NCBI GenBank assembly: GCA_049510745.1
Contig: JBEKYR010000005.1
Location: 32,001 to 96,000 of the forward strand
Origin: Verrucomicrobiota bacterium
GTDB taxonomy: Bacteria; Verrucomicrobiota; Verrucomicrobiia; Limisphaerales; Palsa-1400
Direction of reading: 5' to 3'
DNA: 64,000 nucleotides
Position numbers and translations under genes: made by a program. Shown here in pieces: positions 29,488 through 38,024 of the stretch. Under the pieces are notes generated by a model. It was not told the origin of the DNA. It ran no database searches and worked only from the letters and a program-made list of their open reading frames with translations. Position 1 is the first letter of the stretch. Each line of letters begins with the position of its first letter.

Positions 29488-30725
29488 GACCACCTCCGCA
29501 TAATCAAGGTGGCATTGACGCCGCCGAAGCCAAACGAGTTTGAAAGCACCACTTTGACCGGAGCCTCTTCCGGCCGGGCGACAATCCGAAAAGAACAGGC
29601 CGGATCGGGGGTCTCGAATGCCATTTCCGGCGGCAGCCATTGTTCGCGCAAACACATCAGGCAAACCACGGCCTCCACCGAACCCGCGCCACCCAGCAGA
29701 TGTCCGATGCCGGCTTTCGTGGAGCTGACTGGCAGTCTGCCTGCACGGTTGCCTGCCCAGCGGCTGATGGCTTTGGCCTCGGCCTGGTCATTCAAAGGCG
29801 TTCCCGTTCCGTGTGCGTTGATGTAGTCAACTTCTTGGGCCGTGATTTGCGCGCTCGCGCAGGCCAGTTGCATCGCCTGGCAAGCCGCGCCTCCGTCCGG
29901 GTGCGGTTGTGTCAGATGGTGGCGATCCATGCTGGTGCCGTAGCCAATGATTTCTCCCAGAATCCCGGCGCCGCGCTTCCGGGCCGATTCATAGGTTTCG
30001 AGTGCAAATACAGCGGCGCCTTCGCCAAGGGCCAATCCGTCTCGATGCGCGTCAAAAGGCCGGCAACTCGTTGGCGACATGACTTGCAATGAGTCAAAGC
30101 CGGCGAATCCCATTTGGCTGAGGGCATCGTAACCGCCGGTCAATACACGGTCGGTTTGTCCATGCCGGATCAGTTCCCATGCTTGGCCAAGGGCGTTGGT
30201 TCCGGAAGCGCAGGCATTGGATACGATGGTGACCGGCCCGGCAAAACCAAGCCAGTCCGCCACCATGGTGGCCTGAGTCTGGGCCTGATAATGCAAAGCC
30301 CGCGTTGGCTGCATTTTTTGCCGGCAGGGCCTATCGACCGCTTGGCGGAAATAATCTTCCCCGAGCGTTATGCCGCCGGCAGTGGTGCCCAAAACCACGG
30401 GCAAATTATCGGAAGATTCCCAACCGGACCGCTGCCAGGCTTCCTGAGCCGCCAGCAGCAACAGGAGGCCGGCCCGATCCAACCGTTGTTGTTGCCGTTT
30501 GGTCAAGTGCATCGGCGGCAGCAGTGACGGCAAATCCACTTCCGCCGCGGTTTTAACCCGCTGGCGGCTGACATCGAAGAGGGTGACGGGACGGAATCCC
30601 GTTTTCCCGGAGCGGAACGCCGCGGCATTCTGTTTCCATCCCAGTCCCAGCGACGTGACAATTCCGGCGCCGGTGATCACCACGCGGGGCGGAGGGGATG
30701 GGAATGGCTTTCTTGGAAACAGCAT
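29484..30725 (-). CDS. Beta-ketoacyl-ACP synthase (FabF-type KS)
   Basis: SNACASG, NAHGTGT, KAGIGHLLG, SNSFGFGG: intact Cys-His-His triad. Confidence 0.95.
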   Translation of the reverse strand: MLFPRKPFPSPPPRVVITGAGIVTSLGLGWKQNAAAFRSGKTGFRPVTLFDVSRQRVKTAAEVDLPSLLPPMHLTKRQQQRLDRAGLLLLLAAQEAWQRSGWESSDNLPVVLGTTAGGITLGEDYFRQAVDRPCRQKMQPTRALHYQAQTQATMVADWLGFAGPVTIVSNACASGTNALGQAWELIRHGQTDRVLTGGYDALSQMGFAGFDSLQVMSPTSCRPFDAHRDGLALGEGAAVFALETYESARKRGAGILGEIIGYGTSMDRHHLTQPHPDGGAACQAMQLACASAQITAQEVDYINAHGTGTPLNDQAEAKAISRWAGNRAGRLPVSSTKAGIGHLLGGAGSVEAVVCLMCLREQWLPPEMAFETPDPACSFRIVARPEEAPVKVVLSNSFGFGGVNATLIMRRWS

Positions 30726-30738
30726 AGTCGTTCAGAAA

Positions 30739-32073
30739 TTACGCCGGCAAGGTTTGCGCGAGCCGGTAAACGCCTTGCCGGAAACCGAGGTTCATCGGGT
30801 AAAACAAATTCTTCCAGGAAGTGGTTCCCCACAGACGTTTGAAAATGGAGGGAATGGAATAGACCTCCTTGAACACACGAAAATACCCCTCCGCCAGTTG
30901 GTCGGCGTTCAGGGTCTTGGGTTTGAAAACCACATGGTTGGCATCGTAAAGCGACCAGTCGCGGGTCAGAATCCGATCTTCCTGGACCAGCCGTTTGTGC
31001 AGCCGTGTGCCGGGATAAGGCGTGAGAATGGAAAAGTAGGTCACTTCGATTTTTGCCTCCAAGACAAATTCAAGCGTGCGGTCGAAAACCCCCTCGTCAT
31101 CGGTGTCAAAACCAAACACGAATGAGCCGTCAATGCCGATGCCGTGGTCGTGGATTTTTTGAACGATCTCGGAATACTGATTCGGGCGGTTCACGCGCTT
31201 GCCCATCGCGGCAATGGTTTCCGGGGAGAGTGATTCGAAGCCCATGAAGAGTCCCTTGCACCCGCTTTGCCGGCAAAGTCTCAGGATTTCCGGATCGCTG
31301 GCAATGTTGACCGAGGCTTGGCCAAACCAATTGAGCTTCAAATCGGCGATGCGGATCAAAAACTCCCGGGCGTAGGCGCGGTTGCTGATGATGTTGTCAT
31401 CAATGAAAAACACGCAGTTTTTGAGCGAGAAAGCGCCCCGATTGAAAGGAGTCAGCCCCCGCAGTTCCGCCAGGACTTCCTCCTGCGGCCGGTTGCGATA
31501 TGTGCCGCCAAAGGCGCTGGTCACGGCGCAAAATTCGCAGTCAATTGGGCAACCCCGGGTGGTTTCGACAAAATGAACCGGCAGATATTTTTTGTTTTCG
31601 TATAGCTTCCAGTTGGGCTGCGGCAGCCCCGCCAGCGCAGGCAGGCCGTCCCGATGAAAGTAGAGGGGCTTGAGCCGCTGGAGATCGAAATCCCGCAGCA
31701 ATTCCGGCCACAGCCCTTCGGCTTCCCCCACTACCACACTATCGCAGTGAGCCTGGGCCTCTGCGGGCAGGCAGGAGACGTGCATCCCGCCCATCACCAC
31801 CTTGATGCCGCGCCGCCGGAAATGATCGGCAATTTCATAGGCGCGCTGGACGGTGGTGGTCATCGCGGTGATGCCCACCAGATCGGCCTCCTCGTTCAGG
31901 CCCAACCGCTCGACCTTTTCGTCCACAATCGTGATCTGCCAGCCGGGTGCCGTCAGCGCCGCCACTTTCAGCAGGCCGAGGCACGGCATGCGAAAAAAGA
32001 ATTTGTCGCCCATCAGGCTTTTCTTTGAGAGCGGGGAGATGAGCAACAATTTCTTCATGGCATTACTTTCCAT
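30739..32073 (-). CDS. B12-binding radical SAM protein
   Basis: N-terminal cobalamin-binding-like domain (VVMGGMH, GEAE); RGCPIDCEFC; TPYPGT. Confidence 0.93.
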   Translation of the reverse strand: MESNAMKKLLLISPLSKKSLMGDKFFFRMPCLGLLKVAALTAPGWQITIVDEKVERLGLNEEADLVGITAMTTTVQRAYEIADHFRRRGIKVVMGGMHVSCLPAEAQAHCDSVVVGEAEGLWPELLRDFDLQRLKPLYFHRDGLPALAGLPQPNWKLYENKKYLPVHFVETTRGCPIDCEFCAVTSAFGGTYRNRPQEEVLAELRGLTPFNRGAFSLKNCVFFIDDNIISNRAYAREFLIRIADLKLNWFGQASVNIASDPEILRLCRQSGCKGLFMGFESLSPETIAAMGKRVNRPNQYSEIVQKIHDHGIGIDGSFVFGFDTDDEGVFDRTLEFVLEAKIEVTYFSILTPYPGTRLHKRLVQEDRILTRDWSLYDANHVVFKPKTLNADQLAEGYFRVFKEVYSIPSIFKRLWGTTSWKNLFYPMNLGFRQGVYRLAQTLPA

Positions 32074-33472
32074 TTCCGTTCACGCCCCGCGGCCAGAGGC
32101 GTTGAAGGGTTGAAAAATAGCTCCATAACGGGCCGACGGCGCCCTTTTTGCGCAACCGCTCGATCAGGCTTGTGTAGGCAGGCGCCGGGTCGCCCACAAT
32201 CCAGTTGGGTGCCAGCCGGGCAAATTCCGTGAGCCGGGCAAAGACCCCGTCAACCGAAAGACCGGGCGCGAGATAATACGTGGGGCGGAGCAAATCGCTG
32301 TCCCGGCCGATGCAGCCTTCGGCCAAAGCCTGCTGACTCAGGGGCGTGCCCGGATATATCCGCATCCCCACCACCGCCATTATCACCGCGTTCTTGATCC
32401 GCAAGGACGCTTCGAACCCAAGCCGCAGGGTTTCCATGGTTTCGCCGGGGCCGCCGCTGATGAGGAAATGGCAGAAATCAATGTTTTCCCGGTTGGCCAG
32501 CTCGCTGGAATGCAGGATGTCGTCGAAGATGAACCCCTTTTGATAAGCCGCCAGAACCTCATTGCAGAAACTGTCCGAACCAAACTCAATGTGCGCCAGC
32601 CCGGCCCGCTTCATCAGCTTCATCAACTCCGGCGTCAGTCCTTGCGGGCGCAGAAAACAGCCCCAGGCCAGCTTCGCGTTGCGGCGCAGAACGGCCTCGC
32701 AGATTTCCGTGACGTGCTGTTTGGAAGAGTTGAAGACAGAATCCACAATGAAAGCATAGCGGGCGCCCAGCCTCTGCAGTTGCTCGAACTCGCCGGCCAC
32801 GGCTTCAGCGCAGTGATGGCGGTGATGTTTGCCTTCAATGACCGGATAGGTGCAATAACAACAGTGGCAGGCGCATCCGCGCTGCGTCTGAAGGTTGAGC
32901 ATTCCGCTCGCGCGCAGGTAGTATTCCGCGATGGAGGCCGGGCGGTCGGCTTCTTCCAACGTTGGCCCGCCCGGGCTGCCGGCCCGCGGGTTGAGGACAA
33001 CATTCCCGTTTTCACGGTAAACCAGGCCGGGGACGCCGGAAAAGCTGTGTCCGTTGTTCAGGGCGGCGAGCAGGGAAACAAAACCCGCCTCGCCTTCGCC
33101 ATAGATGCCATAATCCGCTCCGGACATTTCCAGCAACTGTCGGGGAAAAATGCTGAACCCGCTGCCGCCCACCACCACCGGGCACTTGATTTTCCGCCGC
33201 AGGGTTTGACCCAGCCAGGAGAGGTTGTCAAAAAAGGTTTCCCGTTTGCGGATGATGACATCGTCAATGTTGCGGACGGAAATGCCGACGACATCGGGTT
33301 GGTAACGGGCTAAAACAGCCTCGAGGCTTTCCCCGCCGGCCAGACTGTCGGCCCAGAGGGTGCGGTGGCCGGCCCGGCGCAGGGCGGAGTTCAAATAGGC
33401 CAGCCCCAGCGGAAACACCGGGTCGGGCGTGGTGCAGCGATTGTTGCTGATCAGGAGAACATTGCCGCCCAT
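32063..33472 (-). CDS. Lipid-biosynthesis-type B12-binding radical SAM protein
   Basis: PDPVFPLGLAYL, ISVRNIDD, GGSGFSIFP, QTQRGCACHCCYCTYP, RIYPGT. Confidence 0.9.
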   Translation of the reverse strand: MGGNVLLISNNRCTTPDPVFPLGLAYLNSALRRAGHRTLWADSLAGGESLEAVLARYQPDVVGISVRNIDDVIIRKRETFFDNLSWLGQTLRRKIKCPVVVGGSGFSIFPRQLLEMSGADYGIYGEGEAGFVSLLAALNNGHSFSGVPGLVYRENGNVVLNPRAGSPGGPTLEEADRPASIAEYYLRASGMLNLQTQRGCACHCCYCTYPVIEGKHHRHHCAEAVAGEFEQLQRLGARYAFIVDSVFNSSKQHVTEICEAVLRRNAKLAWGCFLRPQGLTPELMKLMKRAGLAHIEFGSDSFCNEVLAAYQKGFIFDDILHSSELANRENIDFCHFLISGGPGETMETLRLGFEASLRIKNAVIMAVVGMRIYPGTPLSQQALAEGCIGRDSDLLRPTYYLAPGLSVDGVFARLTEFARLAPNWIVGDPAPAYTSLIERLRKKGAVGPLWSYFSTLQRLWPRGVNGNGK

Positions 33473-33703
33473 GAGAATCCTGCCTCCACCATCGCGCGGA
33501 CAAACACTCGCCGGCCGAAAAGTTCTCTGGCGCCACAGGCCGCCTGTTCATGAAAGGCGGTTTGGTCTGCCCCGGAGGCGGTCAAATCCATCGCTGTTGG
33601 GAAATAACCCATGCGCGCCAATGGTAGCCAGCGAAGCGTCCGCGTTGCAAGCGCAACGGGCATTTCTCTTGGGTTTTCCCCGGTCGTCCGTTAGGCTGAT
33701 GTT

Positions 33704-34474
33704 GTGGATCGGCTTGAAAATCACGTCGCCGTTATTCCTTGTTTGAACGAGGCGCAAACCATCGCTTTATTGGTTCACTCGGTTCGCCGCCACATCCCCA
33801 ACGTGGTGGTCGTGGACGACGGTTCAAGAGACAACACCGCCAAACTGGCGACCGAGGCCGGCGCCTGGGTTGTTTCCCATCCCCAAAATTTGGGGAAGGG
33901 CGCGGCCGTGACAACGGGTTTGACCACGGCGATGCGGACAGGATTCGACCGGGCCTTGCTCATGGACGGCGACGGACAGCACCAACCTGGCGACATTCCC
34001 GCGTTTGTCCAGAAGGCGGAAGCGACCCAGGCTGCCTTGGTGATCGGCAACCGCATGCATGAGGCCCTGTCCATTCCCTGGTTGCGCCGGCGGGTCAACC
34101 GTTGGATGAGCCGGCAAATTTCGCGCCGGGCCGGAAAATATTTGCCCGACACCCAGTGCGGCTTCCGTCTTGTGGATTTGAGAATCTGGGCGGCGTTGCC
34201 CTGCCACGCCCGTCGTTTCGAAATTGAATCGGAGATGCTGATCACCTTTCTTGACGCCGGTTGCCGTGTTGAGTTTGTTCCGATCCAGGTCATTGGCCGG
34301 GCCGCGCACAGTCACATAAATCCGTTGACCGATACGTGGCGATGGTGCAAGTGGTGGCGCAGTCTGCCCGCCGGCAGAAGGATTTTGGATTCATTTTCTT
34401 CTCGCCGCGGCCTGGAGAGCAACAGTTTCAAATTGCATGAACCCCATCCCCGGCAGATCCAATCCAGCGAGTAG
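33704..34474 (+). CDS. Glycosyltransferase family 2 (DPM-synthase-like)
   Basis: IPCLNE, VDDGSRD, NLGKGAA, DGDGQH, DTQCGFR. Confidence 0.93.
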   Translation: MDRLENHVAVIPCLNEAQTIALLVHSVRRHIPNVVVVDDGSRDNTAKLATEAGAWVVSHPQNLGKGAAVTTGLTTAMRTGFDRALLMDGDGQHQPGDIPAFVQKAEATQAALVIGNRMHEALSIPWLRRRVNRWMSRQISRRAGKYLPDTQCGFRLVDLRIWAALPCHARRFEIESEMLITFLDAGCRVEFVPIQVIGRAAHSHINPLTDTWRWCKWWRSLPAGRRILDSFSSRRGLESNSFKLHEPHPRQIQSSE

Positions 34475-34487
34475 TTGCTCCCGTCGT

Positions 34488-34868
34488 ATGCGGACCTGGG
34501 GCATCAAGCTGATCTGGCTGGTGCTGGCCGGCATTTTGCTTGGTTGTTGTTACAAGGAGGCTGTCCCCAGACTTTATCGCCCCGAAACCAAAGCCGGATT
34601 CTGGCTGGGCACCGTTCATGGCTTTTTGATGCCCGTGGCGCTGCCCAATCTGCTGGCGGGAGAGGACGTGCCGATCTTTGCCGCCAATAACACGGGCCGC
34701 AATTACAAGCTCGGTTATATCGCGGGCATCAATCTTTGCGGCTTGATTTTCTTTGGCATGGCCTTCCGTCCCAAAAAGGAGGAGAATCCCGCGCCGAATG
34801 GATCATCACCTCAATATATCCAGCCTCGGAAAACTTCGATCACGTCCACCCGGCCGCCCGCCCAGTAA
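34488..34868 (+). CDS. Small membrane (lipo)protein, hypothetical
   Basis: Lipobox-like LLGC; AGFWLGTVHG and YKLGY hydrophobic segments; alternative start at 34437. Confidence 0.7.
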   Translation: MRTWGIKLIWLVLAGILLGCCYKEAVPRLYRPETKAGFWLGTVHGFLMPVALPNLLAGEDVPIFAANNTGRNYKLGYIAGINLCGLIFFGMAFRPKKEENPAPNGSSPQYIQPRKTSITSTRPPAQ

Positions 34869-35545
34869 TGATTGCGCGGAAATTGAAAAGTCTGTTCCGC
34901 GCGGCGATAAATCAACTGTGTTGGCTGGCCAGGCTGATTGGGATCATAAGCGGCAAAGAGGATCTCCGTTTCAGTTTCCTGATGGCCAAACAACACGACC
35001 CCATGATTGATCGTCAACCGGGGAAAGCGCACCAGGTGGACAATGGGAATGGCTCTCCGGCCAAAAGATTCGAGCAACTGCCCCGAGACGTTTTTTTGAT
35101 TCCGCCGCGAAATCGGAAAGACCATCCGCCAATGGCTGCGCAATGCGTAGGACTGCCACGCCCCCCCGCACTCCGCTTTGACCAGCGTTTCCTCAGCCCG
35201 GCTGAAGGCGCGCAAGCCATCGTAGCCCGGGAAGACGATCTTGTCTGGTTCCCTGCTGGGTTGCCGGGGGCTGCGGCTAACCACTTGCCGGATGAGCCGG
35301 CGATACGAATCCGCCGCGACCGGAGGTTGATGGCCCTCAAACCGGGCGTGGTAAAAGAACTGGCGCGCGCTTCGAACCATGACGAAACAACGATGGGCGA
35401 ATTGCGGCGGGGGATTATTCTTCAGCGTCGTCATGGAACCGGTGGCCGAATCGAGCCGGTATTCCCAGACCAGTTCGTTGGCGAACGAAAAAGTGTCCCG
35501 TTCAAAATCAAACTGTCGCGCTGGCTCGGCGGGCGGTAAAAACAT
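34811..35545 (-). CDS. Hypothetical protein with a papain-like Cys/His/Asp pattern
   Basis: FSFANEL...HRCFVM...INHGVVLFG...AAYDPN; start reassigned to ATG 35545. Confidence 0.7.
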   Translation of the reverse strand: MFLPPAEPARQFDFERDTFSFANELVWEYRLDSATGSMTTLKNNPPPQFAHRCFVMVRSARQFFYHARFEGHQPPVAADSYRRLIRQVVSRSPRQPSREPDKIVFPGYDGLRAFSRAEETLVKAECGGAWQSYALRSHWRMVFPISRRNQKNVSGQLLESFGRRAIPIVHLVRFPRLTINHGVVLFGHQETETEILFAAYDPNQPGQPTQLIYRRAEQTFQFPRNHYWAGGRVDVIEVFRGWIY

Positions 35546-35584
35546 GCTTGCGCCGCAAGGTAGCCTTGCGATACGAAACTGTAA

Positions 35585-36892
35585 ATGCTTTACGAGCGCT
35601 GGCGGCAGATCGTCCGGGAACGAAGCGGGCAATGCGCCTTGCGTGACCTTTCTTCGGACCGTCAGTGGACTTTTGCCGAAATAGCGCGGCTTGTGGAAGG
35701 CACGCCCGCAGCCTCCCGGAAGGTAATTTTTCCCCGCGGCCACGACGCCGGGTTCGTATTTGCCGTCTTGCAGGCGTGGCGTTCCAATTCCGTCGTCTGT
35801 CCCATGGAGGCCGACCAAACAACCGCGCAAGTGATGGGCCTGCCACCGGCACACTGCCTCCATCTCAAAACCACCTCCGCCACGACGGGCGCTCCCCGCT
35901 TCGTCGCCTTTACGCCGGAACAACTGGCGGCGGACGCGGAAAATATCGTGTCCACAATGGGATTGCGTCCGGATTGGCCCAACGTGGCTGCCATCTCCCT
36001 GGCGCATTCTTACGGCTTCTCCAATCTGGTTTTGCCGCTCCTGTTGCATGGCATTCCACTGTTTATCGCGCCATCGCCTTTGCCGGAAATCTTTCGCCAA
36101 GCGATAAAACGCGCGATAGTTTCGGATCTGACCCTGCCAGCCGTGCCGGCCTTGTGGCGGGCCTGGCATGCCGCCGGGGTCATCCCGGCCCAGGTTCGCC
36201 TGGCCATATCTGCGGGAGCTCCCTTGCCGCTGGCGTTGGAAACGCATGTTTTTTCCGCCACTGGAATCAAGATCCATAATTTTTACGGCTCTTCCGAATG
36301 CGGCGGCATCGCCTATGATGCAACTCCGGTTCCCCGCACGGAGGAAAGCTGCACCGGGAAGCCGATGCGAAATGTTGATTTGCAGATTGGAGACGCCGGC
36401 TGCCTTGAAGTGCGCGGCAAGGCGGTTGGAGAAACTTACTGGCCAACGCCGTCCAGTGTTTTGAAGGCGGGCTGTTTTCAGACAAGTGACCTGGCCGAGA
36501 TCATCAACGGCGAGGTTTATCTTCGTGGCCGGCTCGCCGACCAGATCAATGTGGCTGGCCGGAAGGTATCCCCTGCCGCCATCGAACGAGCGTTGCTGGA
36601 GCACGACCAGGTTGCCGACTGCCTGGCCTTCGGCGTGCCCAGTGCCGATGCGGACCGCGCTGAAGTAATCGTGGCCTGCATCGTGGCAAAGTCACCTCTC
36701 ACAGGAGAAGAGTTGAAGCAATTTTTGTTGAGAAAAATTCCGGCCTGGCAAATTCCGCGCGAATGGTGGTTTGTGGATTCGCTGGACTGCAACCACCTCG
36801 GCAAAATTTCCCGCGCGCAATGGCGGCAGGATTTTCTCAAACGGAAGGAATCGGTCAGTTCCCATTCTGATCAGAAAGGCATTCTGCCGTGA
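35585..36892 (+). CDS. AMP-forming acyl-CoA/acyl-ACP ligase (ANL superfamily)
   Basis: TTSATTGAPR, HSYG, SAGAP, FYGSSECG, TSDLA, GR..DQINVAGRKV, GKISR. Confidence 0.9.
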   Translation: MLYERWRQIVRERSGQCALRDLSSDRQWTFAEIARLVEGTPAASRKVIFPRGHDAGFVFAVLQAWRSNSVVCPMEADQTTAQVMGLPPAHCLHLKTTSATTGAPRFVAFTPEQLAADAENIVSTMGLRPDWPNVAAISLAHSYGFSNLVLPLLLHGIPLFIAPSPLPEIFRQAIKRAIVSDLTLPAVPALWRAWHAAGVIPAQVRLAISAGAPLPLALETHVFSATGIKIHNFYGSSECGGIAYDATPVPRTEESCTGKPMRNVDLQIGDAGCLEVRGKAVGETYWPTPSSVLKAGCFQTSDLAEIINGEVYLRGRLADQINVAGRKVSPAAIERALLEHDQVADCLAFGVPSADADRAEVIVACIVAKSPLTGEELKQFLLRKIPAWQIPREWWFVDSLDCNHLGKISRAQWRQDFLKRKESVSSHSDQKGILP

Positions 36893-36897
36893 ATTGT

Positions 36898-37344
36898 TTA
36901 TTTAGGCTCGGAACCGCCCAAGGTCAGCCCGGCGGTCAATACTAAACGGTCCCGGACGTGGATTTGCGCCCGGGCCTGAACCAAGCCGGCCAGCCGGCCA
37001 ACGATAAGGGCTTGGACCCTCATCGTTTCGCCCGGACACAATGTCCCAAGGATTTTCACCGCGCTCAAGGCAGCCAGTTTCAATTTTCCCAAGGGGGGGA
37101 TGGACGGATCGCTCTGGGCGACGATTCCCGCGAGTTGTGCCGCGGCTTCAACAAGGAGAACACCAGGGAAAATCGGATCGCCGGGAAAGTGCCCTCGAAG
37201 AAACGGTTCGTCGCCGCGCACCCGGTATTCGCCAACGCCTTCCTTGCCGGGCGTCAGGCTGATCAGCCGGTCAATAAAACGGAACTCCGGGCCGTGAGGC
37301 AACGTCTGCAACGCGGTTTCGAGCATGTCGGCAGGAGGGTTCAT
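36898..37344 (-). CDS. 3-hydroxyacyl-ACP dehydratase (FabZ-like)
   Basis: LPHGPEFRFIDR, GHFPGDPIFPGVLLVEAAAQ. Confidence 0.93.
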   Translation of the reverse strand: MNPPADMLETALQTLPHGPEFRFIDRLISLTPGKEGVGEYRVRGDEPFLRGHFPGDPIFPGVLLVEAAAQLAGIVAQSDPSIPPLGKLKLAALSAVKILGTLCPGETMRVQALIVGRLAGLVQARAQIHVRDRLVLTAGLTLGGSEPK

Positions 37345-38024
37345 TGCCGGAGCGGTTCTACGACGGTGAAATTCGTATCGAACTTGGATTCAAACAGGCT
37401 CGCCTTGAGAGGCGGGTTAATGATCCCGTTGGTAAACTCGTTGCGCATGATTGAGCCATCACTGAATCTTAATTCGGTCGAAGCGGGCGAAAAATCGTTG
37501 GTGTGAACCGTGACTGAGATTTCACTCATGAACTTGCGGGCGGCCTGGCTCCTGGGCTGCAGGTTCACCTGAACAATGGCGTTGGTCTGGATGACCGACA
37601 GCAACCGGAAGTGTGAATCCAACTCCGCCCGGTTGCGCGGGAAACTGGCGTCCAACAAGGCCAGCGCATCGCGCCAGGGGCCGGATTGATTGCCGTTGAG
37701 CGGATATTTTTCCACCCGCTTGAGCCTCGGATAAATGATGAATAATTGGTCCGGCTGCCGCAGCGCAATGGTCTGCGCCGGTTGTCCCAATTCCCAACGG
37801 AACCGGTTCGGCATGGCCACCCAGACTTTGCCGGTGGAAACCAGCGGTTGCGAAAGTGTTTTCAGAGCGCGGGTCTCGACAACATCCGCCGACCAGGTGA
37901 GGAGGTTCGTCTGGGCGGCAATCCACTGGTCTAAAAGCTTGTCGGATTGGGCTCCTGCGGTCATGGCAACCAAGCTGAACGCGAGGCAAAACCAGGCAAC
38001 TGGGAAACTGGGTTGAGGTTTCAT
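37341..38024 (-). CDS. LolA-like periplasmic lipid/lipoprotein carrier
   Basis: Signal peptide; LVSTGKVWVAMPNRFRWE LolA-fold motif. Confidence 0.85.
   Translation of the reverse strand: MKPQPSFPVAWFCLAFSLVAMTAGAQSDKLLDQWIAAQTNLLTWSADVVETRALKTLSQPLVSTGKVWVAMPNRFRWELGQPAQTIALRQPDQLFIIYPRLKRVEKYPLNGNQSGPWRDALALLDASFPRNRAELDSHFRLLSVIQTNAIVQVNLQPRSQAARKFMSEISVTVHTNDFSPASTELRFSDGSIMRNEFTNGIINPPLKASLFESKFDTNFTVVEPLRQ

Noticed and set aside
35546..36604. N-terminal 353 aa of the 597-aa ORF 34811-36604
   Set aside because: Antisense to the AMP ligase; the real gene probably starts at 35545
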